Position numbers and translations under genes: made by a program | The notes under the pieces: model-generated | Database searches by the model: none | Seen by the model: the letters and a program-made list of their open reading frames with translations, nothing else | What the model was told of the DNA's origin: nothing | NCBI GenBank assembly: GCA_964352425.1 | Contig: CAYGRZ010000003.1 | Coordinates: 21,077 to 85,076, forward strand | From: an uncultured Planctomycetia bacterium | GTDB taxonomy: Bacteria; Omnitrophota; Gorgyraeia; 2-01-FULL-45-10 | Direction: 5' to 3' | Length of the DNA: 64,000 nt | In this document: positions 46,352-55,945 of the stretch, in pieces | How positions within the stretch are numbered: the first letter of the stretch is position 1 | How the letters are laid out: each line of letters starts with the position of its first letter

Positions 46352-48547
46352 CTAATTGCCCGTTCCGGCGTCGCCGAAGCGCGGCGTCGAGTAGGTCTGC
46401 TTGAGGCCGACAGGATAGTCGGGGAAGGCCTTCAGCTTCATGACAAAGAAAAGGCCCTGGGTCATGAGATTGTTGCCGATGCTGTAGGTGAGCTCCGCGA
46501 CCCAGCAATGCAGGTCCCTGGAGACAGTGAACTGCAGCTCCTCCTGCTTCTTGGAATTGAGGTCGAACCGCTCGTAGGCGCGGAGAGACCATTTCTCGTT
46601 GATCTTGTACCTGATGTCCATCGTGACGAGCGTGCTCTGCAGGGATTCCGTATCCGCGTACCTGAGGCCCGTCGACACCGACCATTTTTCTCCACCGTTG
46701 GCGACAAGGTCGATGCCCACCTCGTCCATCAGGTATTTCTTGGTATTGACATGGGCGGTCGATACCATGTACATCCACGAATAAGGGATCAGTTCCAGCC
46801 TGAAATCGATGCCGTCGAATTTGTTGGACTTCGTGTCCCAGTTATTCTTATCCAGCCTGAACTTGTAGTCGGTGCTGACTAAGAGCGTCGCGAGGTCGAC
46901 CGACTGCATGTTGTCGGCCGTCCCGCGCTTGGTCTGCAGCCTGTTCTCGAGAGCAAGCCTCACGCCATTGTCGGTATCGAACGCGTCGATCTCGTCGAAC
47001 TGGTTCAGGTTTTCCGGGGCTATCGTCGGCTGATGGCGGTGGTAGTAATTCGCCGTCGGCGTGATGATATGCCTGACTTTGTTTATGTCGAGCCCCATAA
47101 AATTCGTCTGGACGTCATACACCTTGTAGAATTTTATCGACGTATCGACGCCTTCCTGGAAGATCGTCCTCACCAGGTTGGTATCGCCCCATATGTTCCT
47201 GGAATAGTACGTCTCGCGTATGCCGGCGTACGGCGTGACGCTCAGCGCATTGAAGAACCGCGCGGCGTACGAGATCTGGTTATACGCGTCGAACCGTATC
47301 GTGCTGACGTCCTTCTGCGACAGGGCGGACGGGTACGTGTGGTTGAGGAAGACGCCGCTCGCGTTTGCGGTATAGTAAAAGTTCGTGTCCTTGATTTTGT
47401 AGTTCAGGATATCGATCTTGTATTCCGGCAGCCTTTCGACATAGTCAAGGAAGTTGTCGAAACGCTTCCTGACGAGAAGCTGGGTCGTGTAATCGCGCTT
47501 TGACGTGATGACGGAGATATAATTATCGGGCGTATCGCCGATCTCCTCGTATTCGTTGTAGAAATAATCCTTGATCACATCGACATCGCTCAGCTTGTTG
47601 AACTCGACTACGGCCGCCGTATCGAGGTTCGGCATATCCCACCGGTGCCTGTACTGGTAGCGGTAGCGTGTCGTCTCGGCGCCGGACTTGTCGTAGGCGA
47701 GGTTGCTGTTTTCGTCGATGTAATAGACCTTGAACGCGCCCTTGCCAACGTCCTTGCTGTCCAGATAATGGTGTATGCCCGCCGCCAGGCCCTTCTTCGA
47801 CCTGTAGTCCAGCAGTATGTCGCCTTTGGAATTTTCATTGATATAGTACCGGTAGGCGGTAAGGGCGTAACAGCCCCAGTCTTTGCTCTGGCCGGGGATC
47901 ACGGTAATGTGGGTCTTGCGCTCTTTGCCGAGCGCCTGCACGTAGTAGGGCAGCCATGCAACCGGTACTGTGCCGATGTACACCAGGACGTTCTTCGCGA
48001 CGATCTTGTCGTCGAGGTACACATTGACCTGCTGGGCCTGGATGCGGTAGTGCGTGTTGTCGTAATCGCAGGTGGTGACATATCCTTCGCTCATCCCGTA
48101 CTCGTCTTTGTTGGCCGCCTTCCCCAGATCGCTCGCCTTCCCGTAAAAAGGCTTCGCGTTCAGGTAGCCGTTCGAGACCGAGCCTTTGCGCGTCTCGAAA
48201 TTGTAGAGGACCCTGTCGCCGGTGAAATAGGCGTCTTTCTGGGTGATTTTGACGTTGCCGATGGCTTCGGCGTCGCGCGTCTCGAGGTTGACGATTATCT
48301 TGTCGCAGGTGAGGACGATGTCTTTGTAGGTTATCGAAATATTGCCGGTGCCGGTGACCTCTTTCTGCTCCTGGAAATACACGACGCTGTCGCCGTTGAC
48401 GACGATCGCCTCTTTACCGGGGATCACCTGTTCGGCGCCGGCGCCGGAAGCGGCGAGCATCACCATCAGTATCAGGATGATCTTACTTTTGAGGGAGCTG
48501 GCCTGGCTGATCTTGTGTACGTTCGCGGTATCTATGGACAGCTTCAT
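46352..48547 (-). CDS. lptD: LPS-assembly outer membrane protein LptD (OstA family)
   Basis: 731 aa. N-terminal signal or TM region (KIILILMVMLAASGAGA), an OstA-like N-domain, and a large beta-rich C-terminal region ending in aromatic residues. Confidence 0.6.
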   Translation of the reverse strand: MKLSIDTANVHKISQASSLKSKIILILMVMLAASGAGAEQVIPGKEAIVVNGDSVVYFQEQKEVTGTGNISITYKDIVLTCDKIIVNLETRDAEAIGNVKITQKDAYFTGDRVLYNFETRKGSVSNGYLNAKPFYGKASDLGKAANKDEYGMSEGYVTTCDYDNTHYRIQAQQVNVYLDDKIVAKNVLVYIGTVPVAWLPYYVQALGKERKTHITVIPGQSKDWGCYALTAYRYYINENSKGDILLDYRSKKGLAAGIHHYLDSKDVGKGAFKVYYIDENSNLAYDKSGAETTRYRYQYRHRWDMPNLDTAAVVEFNKLSDVDVIKDYFYNEYEEIGDTPDNYISVITSKRDYTTQLLVRKRFDNFLDYVERLPEYKIDILNYKIKDTNFYYTANASGVFLNHTYPSALSQKDVSTIRFDAYNQISYAARFFNALSVTPYAGIRETYYSRNIWGDTNLVRTIFQEGVDTSIKFYKVYDVQTNFMGLDINKVRHIITPTANYYHRHQPTIAPENLNQFDEIDAFDTDNGVRLALENRLQTKRGTADNMQSVDLATLLVSTDYKFRLDKNNWDTKSNKFDGIDFRLELIPYSWMYMVSTAHVNTKKYLMDEVGIDLVANGGEKWSVSTGLRYADTESLQSTLVTMDIRYKINEKWSLRAYERFDLNSKKQEELQFTVSRDLHCWVAELTYSIGNNLMTQGLFFVMKLKAFPDYPVGLKQTYSTPRFGDAGTGN

Positions 48548-49959
48548 GGCGTATTATTATAATCTTTTTTGTATTCGCATACAACATTTTTTCCTGATTT
48601 TTTTGCCTCATACAACGCCTGGTCGGCCCTGTCGATCAGGTCCTTCATCTCGAAGGCGTCTTCGGGGTATACCGCGATGCCGGTGCTTATCGTCAGCTGC
48701 AGCCGCTCGTCATACGCCTTGAAGACGTTCTCCGCGATCCTCTTGCGGACCCTGTCCGCCACGGCGCGCGCATTCTCGGCCTGCGTTTCGGGCAGCACGA
48801 CCGAGATCTCCTCGCCCCCGTAGCGCGCGACGATATCTATTTCGCGGACGTTCTCCCTGATGATACGCGCGATCTCCTTCAGGACGAAGTCGCCGACGAG
48901 GTGGCCGTAGGTATCATTGCAGCGCTTGAAATCGTCGATGTCTATCATCAGGAACGCGAACGGGAAGCCGTACCGCTTCGAGCGCTGCAGCTCCTCGGTA
49001 AACCTTTCGTAGAAATAACGCCTGACGTAGAGGCCGGTGAGCGAGTCGGTTATGGCCATCTTCTCAACCATCTCATACAGGAGGACCTTCTTTATCTCAA
49101 GGGCGAACTGCATCGAAAGGATGACGAACCGTTCAAGGTCGGCCTTCGGCAGGTTTTCCACGGCGAGGATGCCGACGAGCTTGCGCTCGCTTAAGAGCGG
49201 CAGGACGGCCATCGTGGCGACCGCGTCGTTATCGATGCCGAGGTTCTTGAACGCCTGGGCGTTGGCGTCCCGCGCGATATAGACATCCCTGAAGCCCGCC
49301 GAAAAGAGCGCTATCAGCCTGTCGCGGTCGGCCTGCTTGCCTCCCAGATCCTTCACCCCCTGCCGCCATACGCTGTATTCCCTCTCGACGCGCAGCTTCT
49401 CACCGTCGCGCTTCAGGATCAGCAGGTCGCACTTCCTGAATACGAACGTATCCTTCAGGAGCGCGCTGAACGCTCCGAACATGTCCTCGAACGTGAGGTG
49501 CTCGGACATCTTCTTCGTGATCTCATAGAGGTTGACGATCGAGAGCTCCTTTGCCTTGATGCCGTTCTCGAACCTCGACGCTTTTTCGCAGGTCTCCGTC
49601 AGGGCCTCTTCCCTTTCCTCCCGTTCCCGTAATTCCCGGACCCTGCGCCTGTTCTCGCGGTAGAAGAGCTTCTTATGCCAGATAAATATCGCCTGAAGCG
49701 CGTTGAATATCAGGATCGGGAGAGATGCGTTGAGCGGATCGACCCGGTAGACGATGATGCAGGCCGGGCAGAGCACGGCCCATGACAGCGCGGCGATCGC
49801 ATACGAGACGGATTCCGGGTAGACGTATCCGCTGGGCGCTATCAACAGGAGGAAAAAGATGATGGAGGCATACGGGATCACGCGGCCGGTGTAGAGGACA
49901 TGGAATACCAGCATCGACAGCGGGATCCATACAATATACGCGCTCTTCAGCTTGAACAA
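48544..49959 (-). CDS. Diguanylate cyclase (TM + GAF + GGDEF)
   Basis: 471 aa. N-terminal TM helices, a GAF-like middle domain, and a GGDEF domain with active-site RYGGEEISVVL and FLMIDIDDFKRCND. ATGA overlap with lptD. Confidence 0.75.
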   Translation of the reverse strand: MFKLKSAYIVWIPLSMLVFHVLYTGRVIPYASIIFFLLLIAPSGYVYPESVSYAIAALSWAVLCPACIIVYRVDPLNASLPILIFNALQAIFIWHKKLFYRENRRRVRELREREEREEALTETCEKASRFENGIKAKELSIVNLYEITKKMSEHLTFEDMFGAFSALLKDTFVFRKCDLLILKRDGEKLRVEREYSVWRQGVKDLGGKQADRDRLIALFSAGFRDVYIARDANAQAFKNLGIDNDAVATMAVLPLLSERKLVGILAVENLPKADLERFVILSMQFALEIKKVLLYEMVEKMAITDSLTGLYVRRYFYERFTEELQRSKRYGFPFAFLMIDIDDFKRCNDTYGHLVGDFVLKEIARIIRENVREIDIVARYGGEEISVVLPETQAENARAVADRVRKRIAENVFKAYDERLQLTISTGIAVYPEDAFEMKDLIDRADQALYEAKKSGKNVVCEYKKDYNNTP

Positions 49960-51380
49960 ACCCTGTCTCTCCCTTCGGCCTTTGCCTTGTAGAGCCGCGT
50001 GTCGGCGGCCCTGATCATATCTTCCTCGGAAACGGCGTCTTCCGGGTACGTCGCGACGCCTATCGACACCGTAAGGGTCGCCTCTTCCCGGCGCAGCGTA
50101 AGAGGATGCTCTTTTATCATCGCGCGTATCTTTTCGGCCTCGGCAGCAGCCTCCCGGGCGCCTCTGCCGCAGAGCAGGATCGCGATCTCCTCGCCGCCGT
50201 ACCGGCCGACGACGTCATCTTCATGCACGAGCGACGTGATGCTCGCGGCCAGATGCTTCAGGATGATGTCGCCGGCGGTGTGGCCGTACGTATCGTTATA
50301 TTGTTTGAAGTGGTCTATGTCCAGCATCAGGACCGAAAGCCTCTCACGCTTGCGCGACGCCCTCTTTATCTCGCGGTGGAGGCTCTCCATAAAGAAACGG
50401 CGGACCTTCAGCCCGGTCAGGCCGTCCCGTATCGCGAGCTCCTGGGTCCTGGCGTAGAGGTAGGCGTTCTCGACGGCGGCGGCGGCGATGTTGGCGATGA
50501 TATCGAGAAGCCTGAGGTCGTCCTGCGTGTAGATGGACTCGCCCGGAGCGTCCATCCTGAGGATCCCGATGACCTTGTTCTCGCTGGAAAGCGGCGTAGC
50601 GATGAGCGACCCGAAGGTCTCTTTCGCGGCCTCGATCTCGTGTAAAGGAAAGCGGAAGTCCTTGATCACGTCTTCGACGAGCAGCGACCTCCGGTGCCTC
50701 AGCACCCAGCTGTCGAAGATATCGCCCTTCTTCGTCTTTATGACCGAGTCGTCCCCTACGCTGGAGGCCGAGAGCGTCAGCTCCTGCCTGTCGGCATCGA
50801 CGAGGAAGAGGAGCGCCCTGCCGGGCTTGCCGATCGTCTTCAGCGTCTTCCCGATGATAAGCCTGTTGATCTCATCGAGGAGGAGAACGGTGCTGAGCGC
50901 CTCGGCGACCTCTCTCAGTACGGAATACTTCATCAGCTTCTCCTCGAACGCGCCGATCGCCTTGTTCTTCTGGCTGGTATCGTTGCGCAGGATATTGATC
51001 TCTTCGTCGAGCTTCTCCGATTTCAGCACATACAGCTGGTTAATCTTATGCCTGGCGTTCGCGAACGCGTAGCCCAGGTATGCGGTAAAGATGAACGGCA
51101 GCGAGAATACGTAGTACCCGTGACGGCCCATCCTGAAGTCCAGCAGCAGGACGATGATGACACAAGCGGAGGTCACGGTGACGCCGCCGATCATGCCGAA
51201 TCCCATCCAGGCAAGCAGTATCGGAATGTTGAAACCGGATATGGCCGTCGCCAGTAACGTGAGGTAGAACAGGGAGCCTGAACTTACCTTGAACGAGAGG
51301 TTGGATGAGAAAAAGGCGAGCGCGATCAGGAACGTCAGTGAGAGGACGCCGGCAATCGGCCTACCGCGAGAAGAGATCAT
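49947..51380 (-). CDS. Diguanylate cyclase (TM + GAF + GGDEF)
   Basis: 477 aa. GGDEF domain with LMLDIDHFKQYNDTYGH and RYGGEEIAILL. Confidence 0.75.
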   Translation of the reverse strand: MISSRGRPIAGVLSLTFLIALAFFSSNLSFKVSSGSLFYLTLLATAISGFNIPILLAWMGFGMIGGVTVTSACVIIVLLLDFRMGRHGYYVFSLPFIFTAYLGYAFANARHKINQLYVLKSEKLDEEINILRNDTSQKNKAIGAFEEKLMKYSVLREVAEALSTVLLLDEINRLIIGKTLKTIGKPGRALLFLVDADRQELTLSASSVGDDSVIKTKKGDIFDSWVLRHRRSLLVEDVIKDFRFPLHEIEAAKETFGSLIATPLSSENKVIGILRMDAPGESIYTQDDLRLLDIIANIAAAAVENAYLYARTQELAIRDGLTGLKVRRFFMESLHREIKRASRKRERLSVLMLDIDHFKQYNDTYGHTAGDIILKHLAASITSLVHEDDVVGRYGGEEIAILLCGRGAREAAAEAEKIRAMIKEHPLTLRREEATLTVSIGVATYPEDAVSEEDMIRAADTRLYKAKAEGRDRVCSS

Positions 51381-51394
51381 CTTATTTTCCGGAC

Positions 51395-52498
51395 TTAGAT
51401 GATAGTTGTGTCCGTCGATTTGTCGAAGAAGTGGACTTTAGACATATCGAACACTAAATCCATGTCCTGGTTAATGGTGGGCTTGTCATGGCCGCCGACC
51501 TTGGCGATAAGCGCGCTCTTGCCGGTATTCAAATACAGGTATGCCTCGGCGCCCATTGGTTCTATCACCTCGCATGTCGCCCTGATCGTGTTCTCCGGCG
51601 CGGCCTCAGAGACGAAGAGCTTATCGTATATGTCCTCCGGCCGTATGCCGAACGTCACTTCCCTGTCGAGGTACGGCGTGACCGCCCTGGCCATCGCGTC
51701 TATGATCTTTACCTGGAACCTGCCCTCGTTGAAATAGAGCTTGGCATCCTTCCTGATGATGGTGCCGCTCACGAAGTTCATCGGCGGCGTGCCGATAAAG
51801 CCGGCGACGAACCTGTTGACCGGCTTGTCGTACAGGGTTATCGGGTCGGCAATCTGCTGGATCAGGCCGTCTTTCATCACGACGATCCTGTCGCCCATCG
51901 TCATCGCCTCGACCTGGTCATGGGTGACGTATATCATCGTCGTCTGGAGCCTTATGTGCAGCTTCTTTATCTCGGTCCTCATCTGCACGCGCATCTTCGC
52001 GTCGAGGTTCGAGAGGGGTTCGTCGAAAAGGAACACGAGCGGCTTGCGGACGATCGCCCTGCCGACCGCCACGCGCTGGCGCTGGCCGCCGGAGAGCTCC
52101 CGCGGCTTGCGGTGCAGGAGCGTCTCGATGCCGAGGATCGTGGCGGCATCCTTTACGCGCGAGGCGATCTCCGCCTTCGGGTATTTCCGCAGCTGCAGGC
52201 CGAACGCCATGTTCTCGTAGACCGACATGTGCGGGTAGAGAGCGTAGTTCTGGAAGACCATCGCGATGTTCCTGTCCTTCGGCGGGATATCGTTGACGAG
52301 CTGGTTGCCTATGTAGACATCGCCTCCGGTCGCCTCTTCGAGGCCGGCGATGATCCGGAGCGTCGTGGATTTGCCGCATCCGGAAGGGCCGACGAAGACG
52401 ACGAATTCCCTGTTCTCAATGCCCAGGTTGATATCGCGTATTGCCCAGACATTTCCGGAGAAGCATTTCGAGACATTCTTCAGGCTTACCTGTGCCAT
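51395..52498 (-). CDS. ABC transporter ATP-binding protein, MalK/UgpC/MsiK-type (sugar importer ATPase)
   Basis: 367 aa. Walker A GPSGCGKST, Q-loop, signature LSGGQRQR, Walker B FLFDEPLS, and a MalK-like C-terminal regulatory domain. Confidence 0.85.
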   Translation of the reverse strand: MAQVSLKNVSKCFSGNVWAIRDINLGIENREFVVFVGPSGCGKSTTLRIIAGLEEATGGDVYIGNQLVNDIPPKDRNIAMVFQNYALYPHMSVYENMAFGLQLRKYPKAEIASRVKDAATILGIETLLHRKPRELSGGQRQRVAVGRAIVRKPLVFLFDEPLSNLDAKMRVQMRTEIKKLHIRLQTTMIYVTHDQVEAMTMGDRIVVMKDGLIQQIADPITLYDKPVNRFVAGFIGTPPMNFVSGTIIRKDAKLYFNEGRFQVKIIDAMARAVTPYLDREVTFGIRPEDIYDKLFVSEAAPENTIRATCEVIEPMGAEAYLYLNTGKSALIAKVGGHDKPTINQDMDLVFDMSKVHFFDKSTDTTII

Positions 52499-52537
52499 AT
52501 CGCCCTCTATTGTAACATACCCACTACGACCGCGTAA

Positions 52538-53380
52538 TCAAAAATACGTCAGGAGCTTCGTCAGCGTATCCTTCATGTTCTTCCTGTGCACGATCATGTC
52601 GATCAGGCCGTGGCTGAGCAGGAATTCCGATTTCTGGAAGCCGGGCGGGAGCTTCTGCCGTATCGTCTGCTCTATGACGCGCGGGCCGGTGAAGCCTATC
52701 AGGGCCTTCGGCTCCGCTATGATGAAGTCGCCGAGCGACGCGAAACTCGCCATGATGCCTGCCATCGTCGGGTTTGTCAGTACCGAGATGAAGAGCCCGC
52801 CTGAGCGGTCGAGGCGGCTTAAGGCCGCCGACGTCTTCGCCATCTGCATCAGCGAGTACATCCCCTCGTACATCCTCGCCCCTCCGCCGGAACCGGAGAC
52901 TATGATGAGCGGTTGCTTTTCTTTCGTCGCTTTCTCGATGGCCCGCGTAAGCTTTTCTCCGACAACGGAGCCCATCGAACCCATGATGAACCGCGCATCC
53001 GTCACGCCGATGACCACGCCGCGGCCGCTCAACTTGCCGGTGCCCGTGACCACGGCGTCCTTCAAACCTGTGGCCTCCTGGTCCTGCCTGATCTTTTCCT
53101 TATACGTCTTGGGGCCTTCGAACAAGAGCGGGTCGAGCGACTGCATCCCCTCGTCGGCCTCCTTGAATGTCCCGTCGTCTACCAGGAGCCGTATCCTCGC
53201 GTGTGCGTCGAGATTGAAATGGTAGCTGCACTTGTGGCACACCCGCAGGTTCTCGTCGAGTTTCTTGTTGTAGATCAGTTCGCCGCAGTCGGCGCACTTC
53301 GTCCAGAGGTTGCCGGGGATATCGCGCTTCTTCGAGACCTTTACGATAGTGTATTTCGGTTTCCTGGGGAATAGCGGCAT
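52538..53380 (-). CDS. accD: Acetyl-CoA carboxylase carboxyltransferase beta subunit
   Basis: 280 aa. N-terminal zinc ribbon CADCGELIYNKKLDENLRVCHKCSYH followed by a carboxyltransferase domain. Confidence 0.85.
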   Translation of the reverse strand: MPLFPRKPKYTIVKVSKKRDIPGNLWTKCADCGELIYNKKLDENLRVCHKCSYHFNLDAHARIRLLVDDGTFKEADEGMQSLDPLLFEGPKTYKEKIRQDQEATGLKDAVVTGTGKLSGRGVVIGVTDARFIMGSMGSVVGEKLTRAIEKATKEKQPLIIVSGSGGGARMYEGMYSLMQMAKTSAALSRLDRSGGLFISVLTNPTMAGIMASFASLGDFIIAEPKALIGFTGPRVIEQTIRQKLPPGFQKSEFLLSHGLIDMIVHRKNMKDTLTKLLTYF

Positions 53381-53385
53381 ATATG

Positions 53386-54063
53386 TTATTTCTTCAGCAT
53401 CTCTCTGGCTTTGTCCACCGCGCTCGCCGCGTCCTTCGCGTAGCCGTCCGCGCCGATCGCGGAGGCGAAATCCTGCGTGATCGGCGCCCCTCCGACCATC
53501 ACCTTTACCCTGTCGCGGATACCGGCGACCTTGAGCGCGCTGATCGTATCCCTCATCGCGTTCATCGAGGTGGTCAAGAGGCTCGACATCGCCAGTATGT
53601 TCACGTCCTTGGCCCTGGCGGCGTCGACGAACTTCTGGGGGCTGACGTCTATGCCGAGGTCGTCGATCTCAAAACACCCGCCCTTCAGCATCATGCTGAC
53701 GATATTCTTGCCTATATCGTGCAGGTCGCCCTTGACGGTGCCGATCACGACCTTGCCGGCCGGCTTTATGCCGTGTTTCGTGAAATGCGGCTCAAGCACC
53801 GCCATGCCGGCATGCATCGCCTTCGCGGATATCAGCACCTCGGGGATGAATATCTCGTTACGCTTGAATTTTCCGCCGACGACCTCCATCGCCGCTATGA
53901 GCGCATTTTCCATGATGTCCTTGATCGCCAACCCCTGGTCGAGGGCAAGCTTTGTGGCGCCGACGACTCCGCTACGGTCACCTTTCATGAGAGCCGTTTT
54001 TATATCACTAAATATTTTTTCTTTCATTTCACGTCCCCTGATAGTAGATATCACTTCATCCAT
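53386..54063 (-). CDS. Cobalamin (B12)-binding domain protein, corrinoid protein type (MtbC/MtmC-like)
   Basis: 225 aa. Helical cap domain plus a Rossmann B12-binding domain with DxHxxG (GDLHDIGKNIV) and SSLLTTSM. Confidence 0.75.
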   Translation of the reverse strand: MDEVISTIRGREMKEKIFSDIKTALMKGDRSGVVGATKLALDQGLAIKDIMENALIAAMEVVGGKFKRNEIFIPEVLISAKAMHAGMAVLEPHFTKHGIKPAGKVVIGTVKGDLHDIGKNIVSMMLKGGCFEIDDLGIDVSPQKFVDAARAKDVNILAMSSLLTTSMNAMRDTISALKVAGIRDRVKVMVGGAPITQDFASAIGADGYAKDAASAVDKAREMLKK

Positions 54064-55937
54064 GTATCATACCACATCTCGAACATAAATAGCGCCCAAA
54101 TTTCTTTTCGTGTATCATTTTTGTTGCTTAGGAATTCCCGGACAAGCCGCTCTATGTAACTGTGATCGAATATTCCTTCCCGCTCGATCTTCGTCTTGCT
54201 GAACGCATCCATCATCAATGGCTTCAGGTCTTCCTTGAGCCATTGAGCAACGGGAACTGCGAACCCCTGCTTTGATTTGGTCAGCGTCTCATCGGGAAGC
54301 TTGCCTCTGAGCGCATCCTTTAATATCCATTTTGCAGTAAAATTCTTCAGTTTGAAAGATGCGGGAATGCCGGCGGCAAAAGCGGCAAATTCGGTGTCGA
54401 GGAATGGCGCGCGCACCTCGAGCGAATTTGCCATGCTCGCGCGGTCAACCTTTGTCAATATATCGTCCGTCATATAAGTCCTGGCGTAAATGTATATTGC
54501 CTTGTCCAATGGGTTAAGGCTTTTCGCGTCGCGATAAAGACGCGCCGTCAGTTCATACACGTCGGAAATATCCGCCGTTACCGTACCGGGAAGGAACAGG
54601 AATCTCTGTTCGGGTGGTGTAAAAGACCCTATCCATACCTGATGGCGGACCGCCTCCGGGTAGTCAAGACCTCTCAGGAACCGCTTCATTTTGAAATTCA
54701 TGCTCATGTAATTGTTGGAAGGTTTTACGCACTGCGTTAATAATTGCAACGGCAGTCTCTTTAAGAACGGCGGGACAAAAGCCAAGCAGGTATTTATCTT
54801 ATGTGCGAGGAATGACGGATATCCGAGAAAGAACTCATCACCGCCGTCCCCGCCGAGCGCGACTTTTACATGTTTTCGGGTAAATGCCGAAACCAAATAG
54901 GTCGGCAGGATCGAAGAATCGGCAAACGGTTCATCGAGCATATCCACTATCTTCGGGAACACGTTAAGCATCACTGACGAGCTCAGGATCTCCTCCCTGT
55001 GGTCGGTCCCGAAATATTTTGCCACGCGCCGCGCATCGCCGGACTCGTCGAACGACCTCTCCTTGAATCCGATGGAGAACGTCTTAATATCCCTGGGATC
55101 CATCAACTCTGCCATCATTGCCACGATGGCTGACGAATCGATGCCTCCGCTCAGGAATACGCCGAGCGGCACATCGCTTATGAGCCGCCTCCTGACCGAT
55201 TCTCTCAGCAGGTCAAGAAGGCGGGTTTTCGCTTCGTGCTCGTCAAACCGTTTCTCAATATTGAACGAGAGGTCCCAGTAACGCTCTGTCGCAAAACTGC
55301 CGCCCTTCAACACAAGCCTGGAACCGGCTTCAAGTTTGTAGATATTCTTGAATATGGAATATGGCGAGGGAACGTATTCGTACGCCAGATACTTGCTCAA
55401 GGCATTGAGGTCGATCTGCCTTCTGACCGAAGGATGTTTTAGCAGCGCTTTCAGCTCTGATCCGAATATGAACTGATTGTCGAACGCGGCATAATAGAGC
55501 GGCTTTTTACCGAACCTGTCCCGGGCGAGAAATAAGGCCTTCTTCCTCGAATCCCATACTGCGAAAGCGAACATGCCGTTAAAGTGCTTAACGCAATCCT
55601 CGCCGTATTCTTCATAGGCCTGCAGGACGACCTCTGTATCGGAGTTCGTCGCAAATCGCCGTCCCTTGCCCAGCAGCACTGTCTTCAGTTCGGGGAAATT
55701 ATAGACCTCGCCGTTGTAGACGATCGCCACGGCGCCGTCGGCGCTCAGCATGGGCTGGTGGCCGGTCTTCAGATCTATGATGGACAACCTGCAATGGCCG
55801 AGAGCAATATTGTCCTTGATGAACACGCCCGCATCGTCAGGGCCCCGGGGGACGATAGTATCCATCATCGATCTCAGGACGGCCTCCGACGGCCGCCTAT
55901 CACTGTCAAAGTGTATATAGCCGCAGATTCCGCACAT
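54051..55937 (-). CDS. asnB: Asparagine synthase (glutamine-hydrolysing), AsnB family amidotransferase
   Basis: I placed the start at ATG 55935..55937 (MCGICGYI, N-terminal nucleophile Cys2). The track ORF extends 47 codons further. Synthetase domain SGGIDSS present. Confidence 0.85.
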   Translation of the reverse strand: MCGICGYIHFDSDRRPSEAVLRSMMDTIVPRGPDDAGVFIKDNIALGHCRLSIIDLKTGHQPMLSADGAVAIVYNGEVYNFPELKTVLLGKGRRFATNSDTEVVLQAYEEYGEDCVKHFNGMFAFAVWDSRKKALFLARDRFGKKPLYYAAFDNQFIFGSELKALLKHPSVRRQIDLNALSKYLAYEYVPSPYSIFKNIYKLEAGSRLVLKGGSFATERYWDLSFNIEKRFDEHEAKTRLLDLLRESVRRRLISDVPLGVFLSGGIDSSAIVAMMAELMDPRDIKTFSIGFKERSFDESGDARRVAKYFGTDHREEILSSSVMLNVFPKIVDMLDEPFADSSILPTYLVSAFTRKHVKVALGGDGGDEFFLGYPSFLAHKINTCLAFVPPFLKRLPLQLLTQCVKPSNNYMSMNFKMKRFLRGLDYPEAVRHQVWIGSFTPPEQRFLFLPGTVTADISDVYELTARLYRDAKSLNPLDKAIYIYARTYMTDDILTKVDRASMANSLEVRAPFLDTEFAAFAAGIPASFKLKNFTAKWILKDALRGKLPDETLTKSKQGFAVPVAQWLKEDLKPLMMDAFSKTKIEREGIFDHSYIERLVREFLSNKNDTRKEIWALFMFEMWYDTWMK

Positions 55938-55945
55938 AGGCAGGT

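Noticed and set aside
46272-46778. 168-aa minus-strand ORF and the 46349..46882 plus ORF overlapping the 3' end of lptD
   Set aside because: These are alternative-frame shadows inside the LptD C-terminal beta-barrel coding region. The translations are Arg/Pro/Gly-rich and not protein-like.
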